Assembly (NCBI GenBank): GCA_964402535.1
Contig: CAYOCH010000003.1
Location: 1,825 to 65,824 of the forward strand
Length of the DNA: 64,000 bases
Source of the DNA: an uncultured Candidatus Saccharibacteria bacterium
Lineage (GTDB): Bacteria > Patescibacteriota > Minisyncoccia > Phycocordibacterales > Phycocordibacteraceae
Direction: 5' to 3'
Shown: positions 36,958-46,484 of the stretch, in pieces
How positions within the stretch are numbered: position 1 is the first letter of the stretch
How the letters are laid out: each line of letters starts with the position of its first letter
Notes under the pieces: generated by a model
Databases searched by the model: none
What the model saw: only the letters and a program-made list of their open reading frames with translations
Told to the model about the DNA's origin: nothing
Program-made: the position numbers and the translations under genes

Positions 36958-38358
36958 TTGCCTATGTCATTGCGCGTGAGCTTCTACGGCGGAGCAGGGA
37001 AAGTGACCGGCTCCAATTTTTTAGTCGAAACTGACAAAGCGAAGGTACTCGTGGACTGCGGTATCGAGCAGGGTGCGGACTACGCGGTCGAGGAGGTTTA
37101 CGGACCATTCCCATATGACGTCTCTGCGATCGACGCGCTCGTGGTGACGCACGCGCACCTCGACCACGTGGGCAGGATCCCCAAGCTCATGCGGGACGGC
37201 TTCAGGGGCAAGATATACATGACGCCGCCGACCAAAGATTTGGCGACACTGATCCTTCTTGATTCGCTGAATATCCTCACGCAGGAGGCGATCCGGCTCG
37301 GGCGCCAGCCCCTCTACACCGACGTGGACGTCGAGGCGGCGATGCTCGCGACCGAGTCACTCGACTATCACGTCGAGAAGGAGATCGCTCCCGGTCTCTC
37401 GCTCTACTTGCGCAACACGGGGCACATCCTCGGCTCTGCGAGCGTGCGGCTCAAGGATTCAGACGGTACGTCGGTCGCCTTCACGGGCGACATCGGCAAC
37501 TCACCGTCACCTTTGCTGCCGAACTGGGAGGCGGTTCCAGATGCCGACGCGCTCATTATGGAGAGCACCTACGGCAACAAGGTTCACACCGAGCGGGCGA
37601 CGCGCGACCTGCTGCTGAAGGGTCGTTTGCAACTCGCGATACAACGCGGCGGGACGATCCTCATCCCCGCATTCTCGGTCGAGCGCACGCAGCTGATGCT
37701 CTATGAGCTCTCTAATTTCTTCTCGGCAAGAGACTTGCCCCAGATACCGGTCTTTCTCGACTCACCGCTCGCGATCAACGTGACCAAGATCTACGAGAAG
37801 TGGGGGATGACGTACTTCAAGCCCGAAGCCGAGGACGAGATGCAGCGCGAGGGGAGCCTCTTCGAGTTCCCGTTCTTGCAGAAGACTGCGGCGCACCAGG
37901 ACTCTGAGGCGATCGCGGCTATCCCGGGGCCGAAGATCATCATCGCCGGCGCCGGGATGAGCCACGGCGGCCGCATCGGCCGCTGGGAGACGCGCTATCT
38001 GCCGGACCCCAAGTCGACCATCTTCATGGTCGGCTACCAGGCGCCGGGTACGCCCGGTCGCCGCATACTCGACGGAGAGCCGAGAGCGCAGATTAATGGC
38101 GAAGAGGTGAACGTACGTGCGAAAGTCGAAAAGCTCGAGGGCTGGTCTGCGCACGCCGATCGCGACGGTCTCATCCGCTTTGCTGAGGCGGCGCTCAAGG
38201 AGAAGCGCCCCAAGGCGATCTTCACCGCGCATGGCGAGCCCGCTGCAGAGCGCTTCTTGGCGCAGCGCATCCACGACTACCTCGGCGCTCGCGCCATCGT
38301 CCCCGACATGGGCTCGACATGGGAGGTATCTAAAGAGTCGGTGGTTAACGTTGCTTGA
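36958..38358 (+). CDS. MBL-fold beta-CASP family ribonuclease/hydrolase (CPSF/RNase J-like)
   Basis: 466 aa with the HAHLDH metallo-beta-lactamase motif, then beta-CASP motifs and a C-terminal RNA-metabolising MBL domain. Confidence 0.8.
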   Translation: MPMSLRVSFYGGAGKVTGSNFLVETDKAKVLVDCGIEQGADYAVEEVYGPFPYDVSAIDALVVTHAHLDHVGRIPKLMRDGFRGKIYMTPPTKDLATLILLDSLNILTQEAIRLGRQPLYTDVDVEAAMLATESLDYHVEKEIAPGLSLYLRNTGHILGSASVRLKDSDGTSVAFTGDIGNSPSPLLPNWEAVPDADALIMESTYGNKVHTERATRDLLLKGRLQLAIQRGGTILIPAFSVERTQLMLYELSNFFSARDLPQIPVFLDSPLAINVTKIYEKWGMTYFKPEAEDEMQREGSLFEFPFLQKTAAHQDSEAIAAIPGPKIIIAGAGMSHGGRIGRWETRYLPDPKSTIFMVGYQAPGTPGRRILDGEPRAQINGEEVNVRAKVEKLEGWSAHADRDGLIRFAEAALKEKRPKAIFTAHGEPAAERFLAQRIHDYLGARAIVPDMGSTWEVSKESVVNVA

Positions 38359-38403
38359 CTGATAGGTTAACATTTGTTAACCTAATGATTGCATAGGGTT
38401 AAC
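38343..38403. promoter_or_regulatory. operator array of GGTTAAC half-sites
   Basis: AGGTTAAC-ATTT-GTTAACCT perfect palindrome (38364-38383), extra GGTTAAC copies at 38343 and 38397, TTGACT at 38355; immediately upstream of an HTH gene. Confidence 0.6.
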
Positions 38404-38414
38404 AACAGAATCGC

Positions 38415-38690
38415 ATGGAAAACAAAGGTAGAAAGGCCATCTTCATATCAGTAACCGAGCTTGCAAACATGCTCGGTGTGAGCCGTGTCGCCGTCTTTAA
38501 GAGGATTAAGAAGGGCCAGATTCCGGCGGAGAAGATCGGGCGGGCCTACGCGATATCGATGGAACACGTCACCGAACTCATCAATGGTACGAAGGTGTTG
38601 ACCGAAAGCAAGAAAGCTGAGATACGGGAGGCCGTCGAGAAGGTCGTAAGGGAATACGGCGAGACGCTCCGTCTGCTTGGTAAAGAGTAG
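38415..38690 (+). CDS. excisionase-family HTH DNA-binding protein (probable antitoxin of a Doc-type TA pair)
   Basis: 91 aa; the ISVTELANMLGVSRVAVFKRIKKGQIPAEKIGRAYAI HTH_17/excisionase motif; 3 nt upstream of the Doc-like gene; low GC. Confidence 0.7.
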   Translation: MENKGRKAIFISVTELANMLGVSRVAVFKRIKKGQIPAEKIGRAYAISMEHVTELINGTKVLTESKKAEIREAVEKVVREYGETLRLLGKE

Positions 38691-38692
38691 AT

Positions 38693-39115
38693 ATGCGTGT
38701 CGGACGTCTTACTATCGCAGATATCGAATATGTCGCTCATCGTCTCGCCCGCGAGACGATGACATGGTCTGAACCGATCCCCGACTTCAGCACGCGCTAC
38801 ACGCATGCACTCGAGCGTACGATTGACCAGCCGTTTCAGTCATATGGCGGCAAGCAGCTGTACCAGGGTCTGCTCAAGAAGGCTTCGATACTCTTTTATC
38901 TGATGATCAAGAATCATCCGTTTCAAAACGGCAACAAGCGAATCGCGATGGCAGCTCTCTTCTGGTTCCTCTTTGAAAACAAGAAGTGGCTTCGCGTCGA
39001 TAACCAAGAACTCTACAACTTCGCAAAATGGGTCGCAGAAAGCAATCCGAAGCTCAAGGACGCGACCGTCAGTGCCGTTGAGACGTTTCTGAAAGGGTAT
39101 ATGGTTGATCGCTAG
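38693..39115 (+). CDS. doc: Fic/Doc family protein, Doc (death-on-curing)-type toxin
   Basis: 140 aa with HPFQNGNKR, matching the Doc signature HxFx(D/N)(A/G)NKR. Confidence 0.8.
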   Translation: MRVGRLTIADIEYVAHRLARETMTWSEPIPDFSTRYTHALERTIDQPFQSYGGKQLYQGLLKKASILFYLMIKNHPFQNGNKRIAMAALFWFLFENKKWLRVDNQELYNFAKWVAESNPKLKDATVSAVETFLKGYMVDR

Positions 39116-39117
39116 TT

Positions 39118-39339
39118 ATGACCGTCAAACCGGGCATCTACGAACACTACAAAGGAGAGAAGTATCGTGTGCTTGGTGTCGCGAAACACAGCGAGACGCT
39201 TGAAGACATGGTTGTCTATGAGGCGCTCTACGATAATGAATTGTCGAAATTATGGGTGCGTCCGGCGGCTCTATTTCAGGAATCTGTTAGCGTCGGTGGG
39301 AAAACTGTTCCGCGATTCCAATTTGTCGGCACAAACTAG
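39118..39339 (+). CDS. DUF1653 domain protein
   Basis: 73 aa; the YEHYKGEKYRVLGVAKHSETLEDMVVYEALYDN...LWVRP pattern is typical of DUF1653. Confidence 0.65.
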   Translation: MTVKPGIYEHYKGEKYRVLGVAKHSETLEDMVVYEALYDNELSKLWVRPAALFQESVSVGGKTVPRFQFVGTN

Positions 39340-39343
39340 ACGA

Positions 39344-39376
39344 AACGAAACCGCCCCGAGAGGGGCGGTTTCGATT
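39344..39376. terminator. bidirectional terminator between the TA island and rplT
   Basis: CGAAACCGCCCC-gaga-GGGGCGGTTTCG. Confidence 0.7.
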
Positions 39377-39391
39377 GAGGGAGAAGGTAGC

Positions 39392-39739
39392 TTAGGCGAC
39401 CTTCTTGGCGATCCGGGCGAAGACCGCGGGGTGCTCTGCCGCGAACGTCGCGAGGACCTTGCGGTCGAGGGCGAAGCCGTTCTTCTTGAGCTTTGCGATG
39501 AACGTCGAGTACGACTTGTGGCCGTTCTCGCGGACGGCGGCGTTCAAGCGAACGATCCACAGCTGGCGAAAGACCGTCTTCTTGTCGCGACGATGCGCGA
39601 ACGCGTAGCGCCCGGCGCGCATAAGCGCCTCGTGCGCATAGTTCTTCTTCTTCGAGCGGAGGCCGCGGTATCCCTTGGCGCGCTCCAAGACGTTCTTGCG
39701 CTTCTTGTTCGCCATCACCCCTCCTTTGATTCGTGTCAT
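39392..39739 (-). CDS. rplT: 50S ribosomal protein L20
   Basis: MTRIKGGVMANKKRKNVLERAKGYRG...FRQLWIVRLNAAVRENG, canonical L20. Confidence 0.95.
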   Translation of the reverse strand: MTRIKGGVMANKKRKNVLERAKGYRGLRSKKKNYAHEALMRAGRYAFAHRRDKKTVFRQLWIVRLNAAVRENGHKSYSTFIAKLKKNGFALDRKVLATFAAEHPAVFARIAKKVA

Positions 39740-39758
39740 GTCTAAATAGTTAAACGGA

Positions 39759-39950
39759 TTACGCGCTCGTAGCCGGGAGGAAGCGGCGGCGGACCTTGGC
39801 GGTCAGGTGGATCGCGACCGCGCGGCGCTTGCCCGAGCGCTCAGAGCCGCTCTGCTTGGCGTTGAAGTGGTTCTGTCCCGGCTTGCGCGCCATGAGCTTC
39901 CCGTTCTTGGTGACGCGGATGCGCTTCGTATAAGATTTATTGGTTTTCAT
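39759..39950 (-). CDS. rpmI: 50S ribosomal protein L35
   Basis: 63 aa; KRIRVTKNGKLMARKPGQNH, typical of L35. Confidence 0.88.
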   Translation of the reverse strand: MKTNKSYTKRIRVTKNGKLMARKPGQNHFNAKQSGSERSGKRRAVAIHLTAKVRRRFLPATSA

Positions 39951-40503
39951 GGTTTGGTTTTGCTTCCTTGTCGCGTTTCGCCTGCGCGGCCTGGTCGCGC
40001 TCGATCACTCCGGCGAACCCCTTAGGGCTCTTGGCGATCGGCTCGGCGACCTTGTACGCGTAGGGGATGCGGAGCAGGAACTTCTCGAGCCGGTCTTTGA
40101 GGAATTTCTCCTCCATGCCCTTGTAGCGCCCTTTCAGGAAGAGCTCGGCGCGCACGCGGTGCCCCTCGGCGAGCCACTCGGCGGCTTTCTTGGCCTTGAG
40201 GGCCATATCGTTGTCGCCGGTGCCGACCTTGATCTGCACCTCCTTGGTCTCGGATACCTTGACCTTGGCTTTTACGGCCTTTTCCTTCTTGCTACGCTCG
40301 TACTCGAATTTACCATAATCTACGATCTTCGCAACGGGCGGGACGGCAGAGGGCGAGATCTCGATCAGGTCGAGACCGGCCTGTTTGGCGGCCGCCAAGG
40401 CGGCCGAGAGGGAGAGGACGCCCAGGTTCTCGCCCTGTGCGCCAACGACGCGCAGCTCCGCTGCGCGTATCTCATTATTGATGCGGAGTCGTTCTGTAGC
40501 CAC
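39937..40503 (-). CDS. infC: translation initiation factor IF-3
   Basis: INNEIRAAELRVVGAQGENLGVLS... and the C-terminal domain match IF-3. Confidence 0.93.
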   Translation of the reverse strand: MATERLRINNEIRAAELRVVGAQGENLGVLSLSAALAAAKQAGLDLIEISPSAVPPVAKIVDYGKFEYERSKKEKAVKAKVKVSETKEVQIKVGTGDNDMALKAKKAAEWLAEGHRVRAELFLKGRYKGMEEKFLKDRLEKFLLRIPYAYKVAEPIAKSPKGFAGVIERDQAAQAKRDKEAKPNHENQ

Positions 40504-40546
40504 TGGAAGTGAGCTGACTATAGCACAAAATGGCGTCCTTGCGCAA

Positions 40547-41491
40547 TTATTTCGCGATCTGGCTCGGGTCGGAGAGGATCATCTCGGCCTGGCCCTGATA
40601 GGAGGTGATCTTGCCGGTCACGGTGATGGCTCGCCCGGCGTAGCGCGAGAGGTCGCCGAAGGCCTTCGCATCATCGGCGAAGATGACACCCGAGAACGGG
40701 CAGGACTTGTAGCTCGCGCAGAAGTCGAGAAAGACGGTCCCGGAGGCCGAGGTATAGGCCTTCACCAAGGTGCCCTGCACCGAGGCCTGCTCGCCGATGT
40801 GCTTCGGCGCCTCGGAGTAGGGGATCGTGCCGGCTGAAACAGTCGCGGCCGCTCCCGCGGCCGCGCGATTGCCCTTGTATGCCTCAAGCAATTTGAGCAG
40901 GATATTCTCGTACGCTTGGCGGATCGCCGGGTCGGTGCCGATCTCGAGGAGCTCGTCGTTCTTGGTCGTCGCCGATCCGGTCCAGTTGTAACTGCCCATC
41001 GCGTAGGCCGAGTCGGTGACGAGCGCCTTGATGTGCATGATGCCGTTGCCGTCGGCGTGCTTCTCGGTGACGACGGGGATCTTGGCCGCGAGCAGCTCCG
41101 CGATGATCGGCCGGTCGTAGCTCGAAGCGCTCTCGCCAGAATCCACGAGGCCGCGTACCTCCACGCCGCGCTCTTTCGCCCGCACGAGCGCATCGGCGAC
41201 ATCTTTCAAAGTGAATTCGTAGATCGCGAAGTAAATGTGCGTCTTTGCGCCATCGATGAGCGCGATGAGCTCTTTATCGTTCTGTTTTTGATCGAGACTG
41301 TAGATGATGCGGATGGAATCCGCGGGCGGCGCTGTGACCGTCTGCACCGGGATCGCGACGCTTGCAGCACCAGACCCCGTCTGGCCGCTCCCGAGTCCGT
41401 ACCCGGCGCCGCCCGCGGCGAGAGCGAGGATAAGCGCAGCGATCGAGCGGATGAGTTTCTGGTTCATGAAGAGCAGTATACCCTTATCCAC
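40547..41491 (-). CDS. secreted phospholipase-D-like (HKD) nuclease family protein
   Basis: Signal/TM segment LIRSIAALILALAAGG; single HKD motif MHIKALVTDSAYAMGSYNWT; C-terminal OB-like region. An alternative ATG lies at 41467. Confidence 0.75.
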   Translation of the reverse strand: MDKGILLFMNQKLIRSIAALILALAAGGAGYGLGSGQTGSGAASVAIPVQTVTAPPADSIRIIYSLDQKQNDKELIALIDGAKTHIYFAIYEFTLKDVADALVRAKERGVEVRGLVDSGESASSYDRPIIAELLAAKIPVVTEKHADGNGIMHIKALVTDSAYAMGSYNWTGSATTKNDELLEIGTDPAIRQAYENILLKLLEAYKGNRAAAGAAATVSAGTIPYSEAPKHIGEQASVQGTLVKAYTSASGTVFLDFCASYKSCPFSGVIFADDAKAFGDLSRYAGRAITVTGKITSYQGQAEMILSDPSQIAK

Positions 41492-41544
41492 ACCGGCACC
41501 GTATTTCTGGTACGCTACGCTTCACGAGTAATCACACCAACACC

Positions 41545-42078
41545 ATGCATATCATCGCACTCTCCGGGAGCATCAGATCCAAGTCCTCGAACACGGCAAT
41601 CCTGCGCGCCATGCAGCAGCTTGCGCCGGCAGGCATGACGATCGAGATCGTCCCGATCGACACTCTCCCGCTCTACAACTCCGACCTCGAGGCGTCCTTC
41701 CCGCAGTCGGCGCAGGAACTCAAGTCTAAAATCGAGGGCGCCGATGGCGTCATCATCGCGACGCCGGAGTACAACCGCTCGATTCCGGGTGTCTTGAAGA
41801 ACGCAATCGATTGGGCGAGCCGACCTTACGGCAAGAATTCGTTCAAGAGAAAGCCCCTCCTCGCCCTCGGCGTCTCGGGCGGCAAGATTGGCACCGCGGT
41901 CGCGCAGAGTCACTTGAAGCAGATCATGACCTATCTCGACGCGGACGTGATCGGCCAGCCGGAGCTCTACATCGGCCCCGCCTCGGACGTCTTCGACGAG
42001 AACGACAACATCATCGATGACTCCACGAAAGAGCATCTCGCGAAGGCGCTCGAGGTGCTCGCTTCACGCAAGGCGTGA
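41545..42078 (+). CDS. NAD(P)H-dependent FMN reductase family oxidoreductase
   Basis: MHIIALSGSIRSKSSNTAILRA...IIATPEYNRSIPGVLKNAIDWAS, flavodoxin-like fold. Confidence 0.85.
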   Translation: MHIIALSGSIRSKSSNTAILRAMQQLAPAGMTIEIVPIDTLPLYNSDLEASFPQSAQELKSKIEGADGVIIATPEYNRSIPGVLKNAIDWASRPYGKNSFKRKPLLALGVSGGKIGTAVAQSHLKQIMTYLDADVIGQPELYIGPASDVFDENDNIIDDSTKEHLAKALEVLASRKA

Positions 42079-42091
42079 TACCCTGGGGAGG

Positions 42092-42583
42092 ATGGATATT
42101 CTCCCCACGACCAAAGACGAGCGAGAGCGGGACATCCTCTGGTTCTTCGACCTCGCGCTCATAGTGAAGGTGATCAACGGCGCGCTCGAGATGCTCGGCG
42201 CGCTCTTGATCCTCCTTGTGCCGCCCTCGCTCGTGCTTAAGGTCGCCGAGTTCGCGACCTCTGGAGAGGTGGGACGGGACTCTGGCGACGTGGTCGCGAC
42301 GTGGATCCGTACCACGGCGCAGTCGTTCGCCGTACAATCGCACTACCTCCTCGCGGCCTACCTCGCTTCGCATGGGCTTATCAAGGTACTCCTCGTCATC
42401 GGCATCTTCGCCGGCAAGAAGATCGCGTACCCGCTCTTCATGCTGGCGCTCGCGATCTTCGGCGCATACGAGGCATACCGCGGCTTCTTCCGCAACGAGC
42501 TCTTGCTCCAGGCGCTCGCGGTGTTCGACCTCGCCCTCCTCGTGCTCACCTCATACGAATACCGTCGCCGGTATCCGCGTTAG
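42092..42583 (+). CDS. DUF2127 family membrane protein
   Basis: The ATG at 42092 is preceded by GGGGAGG; 4 TM helices; LWFFDLALIVKVINGALEMLGALLIL pattern. Confidence 0.7.
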   Translation: MDILPTTKDERERDILWFFDLALIVKVINGALEMLGALLILLVPPSLVLKVAEFATSGEVGRDSGDVVATWIRTTAQSFAVQSHYLLAAYLASHGLIKVLLVIGIFAGKKIAYPLFMLALAIFGAYEAYRGFFRNELLLQALAVFDLALLVLTSYEYRRRYPR

Positions 42584-43179
42584 CTCTCCGCGTTGCGGTT
42601 CTTGAACTCCCTAAACGAACGCAGGTTGTGACGCGCGATGAAGAAGAGCGCGAGGACGAAGAGGATCGCGATCCCCCAACGAGCTGTGTATTCCCACTTC
42701 GACGTGAATGCGCCGAACCAGTACGAGGCAGAGAAGAGGACAGTAGTCCAGATCGAGGTCGCGACGATCGCCGTGAAGATGAAGGTCGAGAGCGGCGAGC
42801 GGAAGAACCCGCTCGCGGTATAGGTCGGCATCCTCGAGCCGGGGATGAAGCGCGCCGAGAAGACCGTCAGCACGAAACGGTTCTCAAGCCAGGCGCGGAA
42901 GGGCGCGATGAAGTCGTGGTCGACGTATCTCCCGAGGCGAGGGTGCGTGCTCGCGAGATAGCCGAGGAAGTAGAGCGCTAGGTCGCCGACGACGATCCCC
43001 AGATAGAGCGAGGAGAGGGCGAGCGGGACGCTGATCAGTCCGTCTGCGGCAAGCACGCCGACGATCACCGTCGTCGTGTCCTCGAGGAAGAAGGTTCCGA
43101 GCGCGATTGTGAGCATCACGAGGATCGTGCTGCCGAGCGAGCCGCCGATCAAGTTCGAGATGAAGAGTGCGGGGGACAT
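42580..43179 (-). CDS. DedA/SNARE-associated (VTT domain) membrane protein
   Basis: 199 aa, polytopic; ...RFIPGSRMPTYTASG... matches the DedA signature. Confidence 0.8.
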   Translation of the reverse strand: MSPALFISNLIGGSLGSTILVMLTIALGTFFLEDTTTVIVGVLAADGLISVPLALSSLYLGIVVGDLALYFLGYLASTHPRLGRYVDHDFIAPFRAWLENRFVLTVFSARFIPGSRMPTYTASGFFRSPLSTFIFTAIVATSIWTTVLFSASYWFGAFTSKWEYTARWGIAILFVLALFFIARHNLRSFREFKNRNAES

Positions 43180-43266
43180 GAGCGCCTTAATCTTAGCAGA
43201 TTTCCTTATGCACAGGGTGCTTCTACTGGCGTCTTGTCTCCCGCTCCCGGCGGTATCATTGTCCGT

Positions 43267-43656
43267 ATGTCCCGACGATTGTCACTCCTCTTCGGCGCTA
43301 TCCTCGCGCTCCTCGGCGCGCTCGGATTCGTGTCGAACCCGCTCATAGGCACGAACGCCATCTTTGCGGCTGACACGGCGCATAACCTCATCCATATCAT
43401 TCTTGGCGCCGTTCTGCTCGGCATCGGCCTATGGCGGCCGGCACGGGCGGAGTTCTGGCTCAAGGTTGTGGGCGCGATCACGTTCCTCATGGGACTCATC
43501 GGCCTCCTCACGGTGCCCTCGACCGGCGGCTCGCTCCTGGGTCTCGCCTACACGAACGGCGCGATCGACTGGTTCCATGTCATCATCGGTTTGATCCTCT
43601 TTTTTGCTCTGATGGTGGTCGGAGACGACTACCCGGAACCTCGAGCAGCCGCCTGA
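43267..43656 (+). CDS. DUF4383-like small membrane protein
   Basis: The ATG at 43267 gives MSRRLSLLFGAILALLGALGFV; 4 TM helices. Confidence 0.6.
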   Translation: MSRRLSLLFGAILALLGALGFVSNPLIGTNAIFAADTAHNLIHIILGAVLLGIGLWRPARAEFWLKVVGAITFLMGLIGLLTVPSTGGSLLGLAYTNGAIDWFHVIIGLILFFALMVVGDDYPEPRAAA

Positions 43657-43701
43657 ACAGGGCATTTGCGCACTCTCGGTGATGCGCGTATCCTGGGCAT
43701 C

Positions 43702-44166
43702 ATGAAACGGGCCGGTGTCATAGCGATTCTCGTGCTCGCCTTCTTCGGCCTTGCGGATTCAGCCTATCTGACGCAGCACGTGATCTCCGGCACACCGCTC
43801 GTCTGCAACATTCAGAGCCTTTCAGGCTGCAATATCGTCGCCTCGAGCCAGTACTCGAAGATTCTCGGCATCCCGCTCGCCGAGCTCGGCGTCCTCTTCT
43901 ACGGCGTGCTGTTCATCCTCGCGGCGCTCGAGCTCGTCCTTTTTGACCAGCTCCTGCGCCGCGTGATCCAGGTTGCCGCGGTCGTCGGGGCGCTCGCCTC
44001 GATCTATTTCACCTCCGTGCAGGTGTTCCTCATCGGCGCGCTCTGCATCTACTGTTCCGTCTCCGCCGGTATCTCCATCCTCATCCTCCTCATCGCGAGT
44101 TTCCTCGAGCCGCTCCGGCGGCGTACGCACGTTCTCTCCCCGCATCTGCCGATGCCGCCTCGGTAG
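43702..44166 (+). CDS. vitamin K epoxide reductase (VKOR) family protein
   Basis: CNIQSLSGC loop cysteines and the CIYC active-site CxxC in a TM helix. Confidence 0.75.
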   Translation: MKRAGVIAILVLAFFGLADSAYLTQHVISGTPLVCNIQSLSGCNIVASSQYSKILGIPLAELGVLFYGVLFILAALELVLFDQLLRRVIQVAAVVGALASIYFTSVQVFLIGALCIYCSVSAGISILILLIASFLEPLRRRTHVLSPHLPMPPR

Positions 44167-44172
44167 CCGCCT

Positions 44173-45339
44173 ATGCACCGCACGTTCTTCATCGCCACTG
44201 CGCTCCTCCTCCTGCCGGCGAGTGCGCTTGCGGCACGCGCGCCGTCGACCTTCGAGGCGGCGAATTCGCTCCTTATGGCGAGCTCGTCGCCGGGCAACGC
44301 GTACGTCGCTGGCGCGTCGGTCGTTGTAACTGCAACGGTCGCCGGCGACCTCTCGGCAGCCGGCGGGTCGGTCGTCGCAGCCGCACCCGTCACGGGTGAC
44401 AGCCTCCTCTTCGGCGGTTCGGTGAGTTCGCGGGCGCGGGTCGGCGGCGATCTGCGCACAGCGGGCGGGACGATCACGGTCGAAGAGCCGGTCGCAGGCG
44501 ACATCGTCGCATTCGGCTACGCCGTGCATGATTTGAATCGTGCGGGCGGGAGCGTGTTTATCGCCGCTGTCGATGCCGACCTCGAGGACGGCGCTGCCGG
44601 TCCTGTGACGGTTTACGGCAACAATGTCGTGCTCGCCGGCACCTACGGCGGCGATGTGACGGTCGTCGCGAGCAATCATCTTACGCTCGCGGCAAGCACG
44701 ACTATCGTCGGCAAGCTCGTCTATCAGGCGCCGGAGCAGGCGACAATTCCCGCCTCTGCTACGATCATGGGCGGGATCCAGTTCGAGAACGCGTCCTATC
44801 TACCGCCCGCGGGGACATCGCGGGTGCTCGCGGCCGTGAGCCTCGGCTTCTTCCTTTTTGCCCGCATCCTGGGTGCGCTCATCATCGCGGGCCTCGTGGC
44901 CGGCCTCTTCCCGCGGCTGTCTGAAGTCGTGACCGACCGCGCGTACAGCGCTCGCGTGCGGAGCGTCCTGCTCGCGCTGCTTCTTGGATTCGGGATCCTC
45001 GTCGCAACGCCGGTGCTGCTCGTCCTCCTCTCGCTCACGTTCGTCGGCATCGGGCTCGCCATCATCCTCTTCCTCCTCTATGCGCTCCTCGTGCTGCTCT
45101 CGCTCGCATACGCAGGCATCCTGCTCGGGAGCGTCGGCGCGCGGCGCTTCATGGGGCGCGAGGCAGTCTATTGGTATGACGGCGTCTTCGGCATGCTCGC
45201 GCTCTCGCTCGTCTCGCTTATCCCGATCCTTGGGCCGCTCGTGATCGGCCTCCTGATGATCTTTACTGCCGGCGTGCTGCTACAGCTCTTCTTCTCCTTC
45301 GCATTCCCTCACGAAGACCGCACCGCGCAGATGCTATAA
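44173..45339 (+). CDS. bactofilin-like beta-helical repeat protein fused to a C-terminal polytopic membrane domain
   Basis: Signal peptide; repeated V/A-x-GD...G-G-S-V units typical of the bactofilin/polymer-forming cytoskeletal fold; then ~5 TM helices. Confidence 0.6.
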   Translation: MHRTFFIATALLLLPASALAARAPSTFEAANSLLMASSSPGNAYVAGASVVVTATVAGDLSAAGGSVVAAAPVTGDSLLFGGSVSSRARVGGDLRTAGGTITVEEPVAGDIVAFGYAVHDLNRAGGSVFIAAVDADLEDGAAGPVTVYGNNVVLAGTYGGDVTVVASNHLTLAASTTIVGKLVYQAPEQATIPASATIMGGIQFENASYLPPAGTSRVLAAVSLGFFLFARILGALIIAGLVAGLFPRLSEVVTDRAYSARVRSVLLALLLGFGILVATPVLLVLLSLTFVGIGLAIILFLLYALLVLLSLAYAGILLGSVGARRFMGREAVYWYDGVFGMLALSLVSLIPILGPLVIGLLMIFTAGVLLQLFFSFAFPHEDRTAQML

Positions 45340-45348
45340 TCGCCGCCG

Positions 45349-45819
45349 ATGGAGATACCGAAGGCCGCGACGCCCGCGCATCATTTCTCTCTCCCAGATC
45401 AGGACGGGCAGGTGCATGCGCTTGCCGACTATCGTGGCAAATGGGTGCTCCTCTATTTCTACCCCAAGGACGACACGCCCGGCTGCACGATCGAGGCGTG
45501 CACGATCCGCGACCAGTTCAAGGATTTCACCGCTATCAATGCCGCAGTTCTCGGCGTTTCGACGGACTCTGTGGCGAGCCACAAGCGCTTCGCGACGACC
45601 TACGCGCTTCCGTTCACACTCCTCGCTGACGAGCATAAGGAGGTGGTGGGGCGCTACGGCGTCTTCGGCGAGAAGAAGTTCATGAGCAAGACCTACATGG
45701 GCACGAAACGAACGTCGTTTCTCATCAGTCCGGACGGAATGATCGCCAAGGTCTATGAGAACGTGAAGCCCGAGATGCATGCGGCCGAGGTGATCGCAGA
45801 CTTGCGCGCGCTCGTATGA
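45349..45819 (+). CDS. bcp: thioredoxin-dependent peroxiredoxin Bcp
   Basis: FYPKDDTPGCTIEAC matches the Bcp active site. Confidence 0.9.
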   Translation: MEIPKAATPAHHFSLPDQDGQVHALADYRGKWVLLYFYPKDDTPGCTIEACTIRDQFKDFTAINAAVLGVSTDSVASHKRFATTYALPFTLLADEHKEVVGRYGVFGEKKFMSKTYMGTKRTSFLISPDGMIAKVYENVKPEMHAAEVIADLRALV

Positions 45820-46484
45820 CAAGCGCGAAGAAAGCGGAGCGTGCAGCGCGCGCGAAGAAGATCGTCGCGTACCTGAAGAAGGCGTACCCGGAGCCGAAGA
45901 GCGAGCTCAAGCACGCGACCCCCCTTCAGTTCGTCGTCGCGGTCGTGCTCTCGGCGCAATGTACCGACAAAGCAGTGAACAAGCTTACCGCGACGCTCTT
46001 CAAGAAATATAGGAAGCCCAAAGATTTTGCGAACGCGAGGCTCGCGACGTTCACGAAAGAGATCTCCTCGATCCCGTTCTTCAGGAATAAAGCCAAAAAC
46101 ATCATCGCCGCGGCGAAGAAGATCGAATCTGATTATGCCGGGCGCGTGCCCCGTAACGAGAAGGATCTGGTCTCGTTACCTGGGGTCGGCTACAAGACCG
46201 CGCACGTGATCCTCGGCGAGCTGCACGATATCTGGGAGGGGATCGCGACCGACACGCACGTGAAGCGCTTTGCCAAGCGATTCGACCTAACAGACAACGA
46301 CGACCTGACCAAGATCTCGAAGGACTTGGAGGCTCTGATACCGAAAAAGGACTGGAAATACGTGAACAACGGCCTCGTCCTCTACGGCCGGTACGTCTGC
46401 CCGGCGCGCCCGCACGACTGCACCGACCATCCGCTCACCAAGCTGTATCCGCAAGCTGCAACCCGATGGCCCAAAGCGAAATAA
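45816..46484 (+). CDS. nth: endonuclease III
   Basis: HhH-GPD fold, LPGVGYKTAHVIL, and the C-terminal 4Fe-4S cysteines CPARPHDCTDHPL. Confidence 0.9.
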   Translation: MTSAKKAERAARAKKIVAYLKKAYPEPKSELKHATPLQFVVAVVLSAQCTDKAVNKLTATLFKKYRKPKDFANARLATFTKEISSIPFFRNKAKNIIAAAKKIESDYAGRVPRNEKDLVSLPGVGYKTAHVILGELHDIWEGIATDTHVKRFAKRFDLTDNDDLTKISKDLEALIPKKDWKYVNNGLVLYGRYVCPARPHDCTDHPLTKLYPQAATRWPKAK

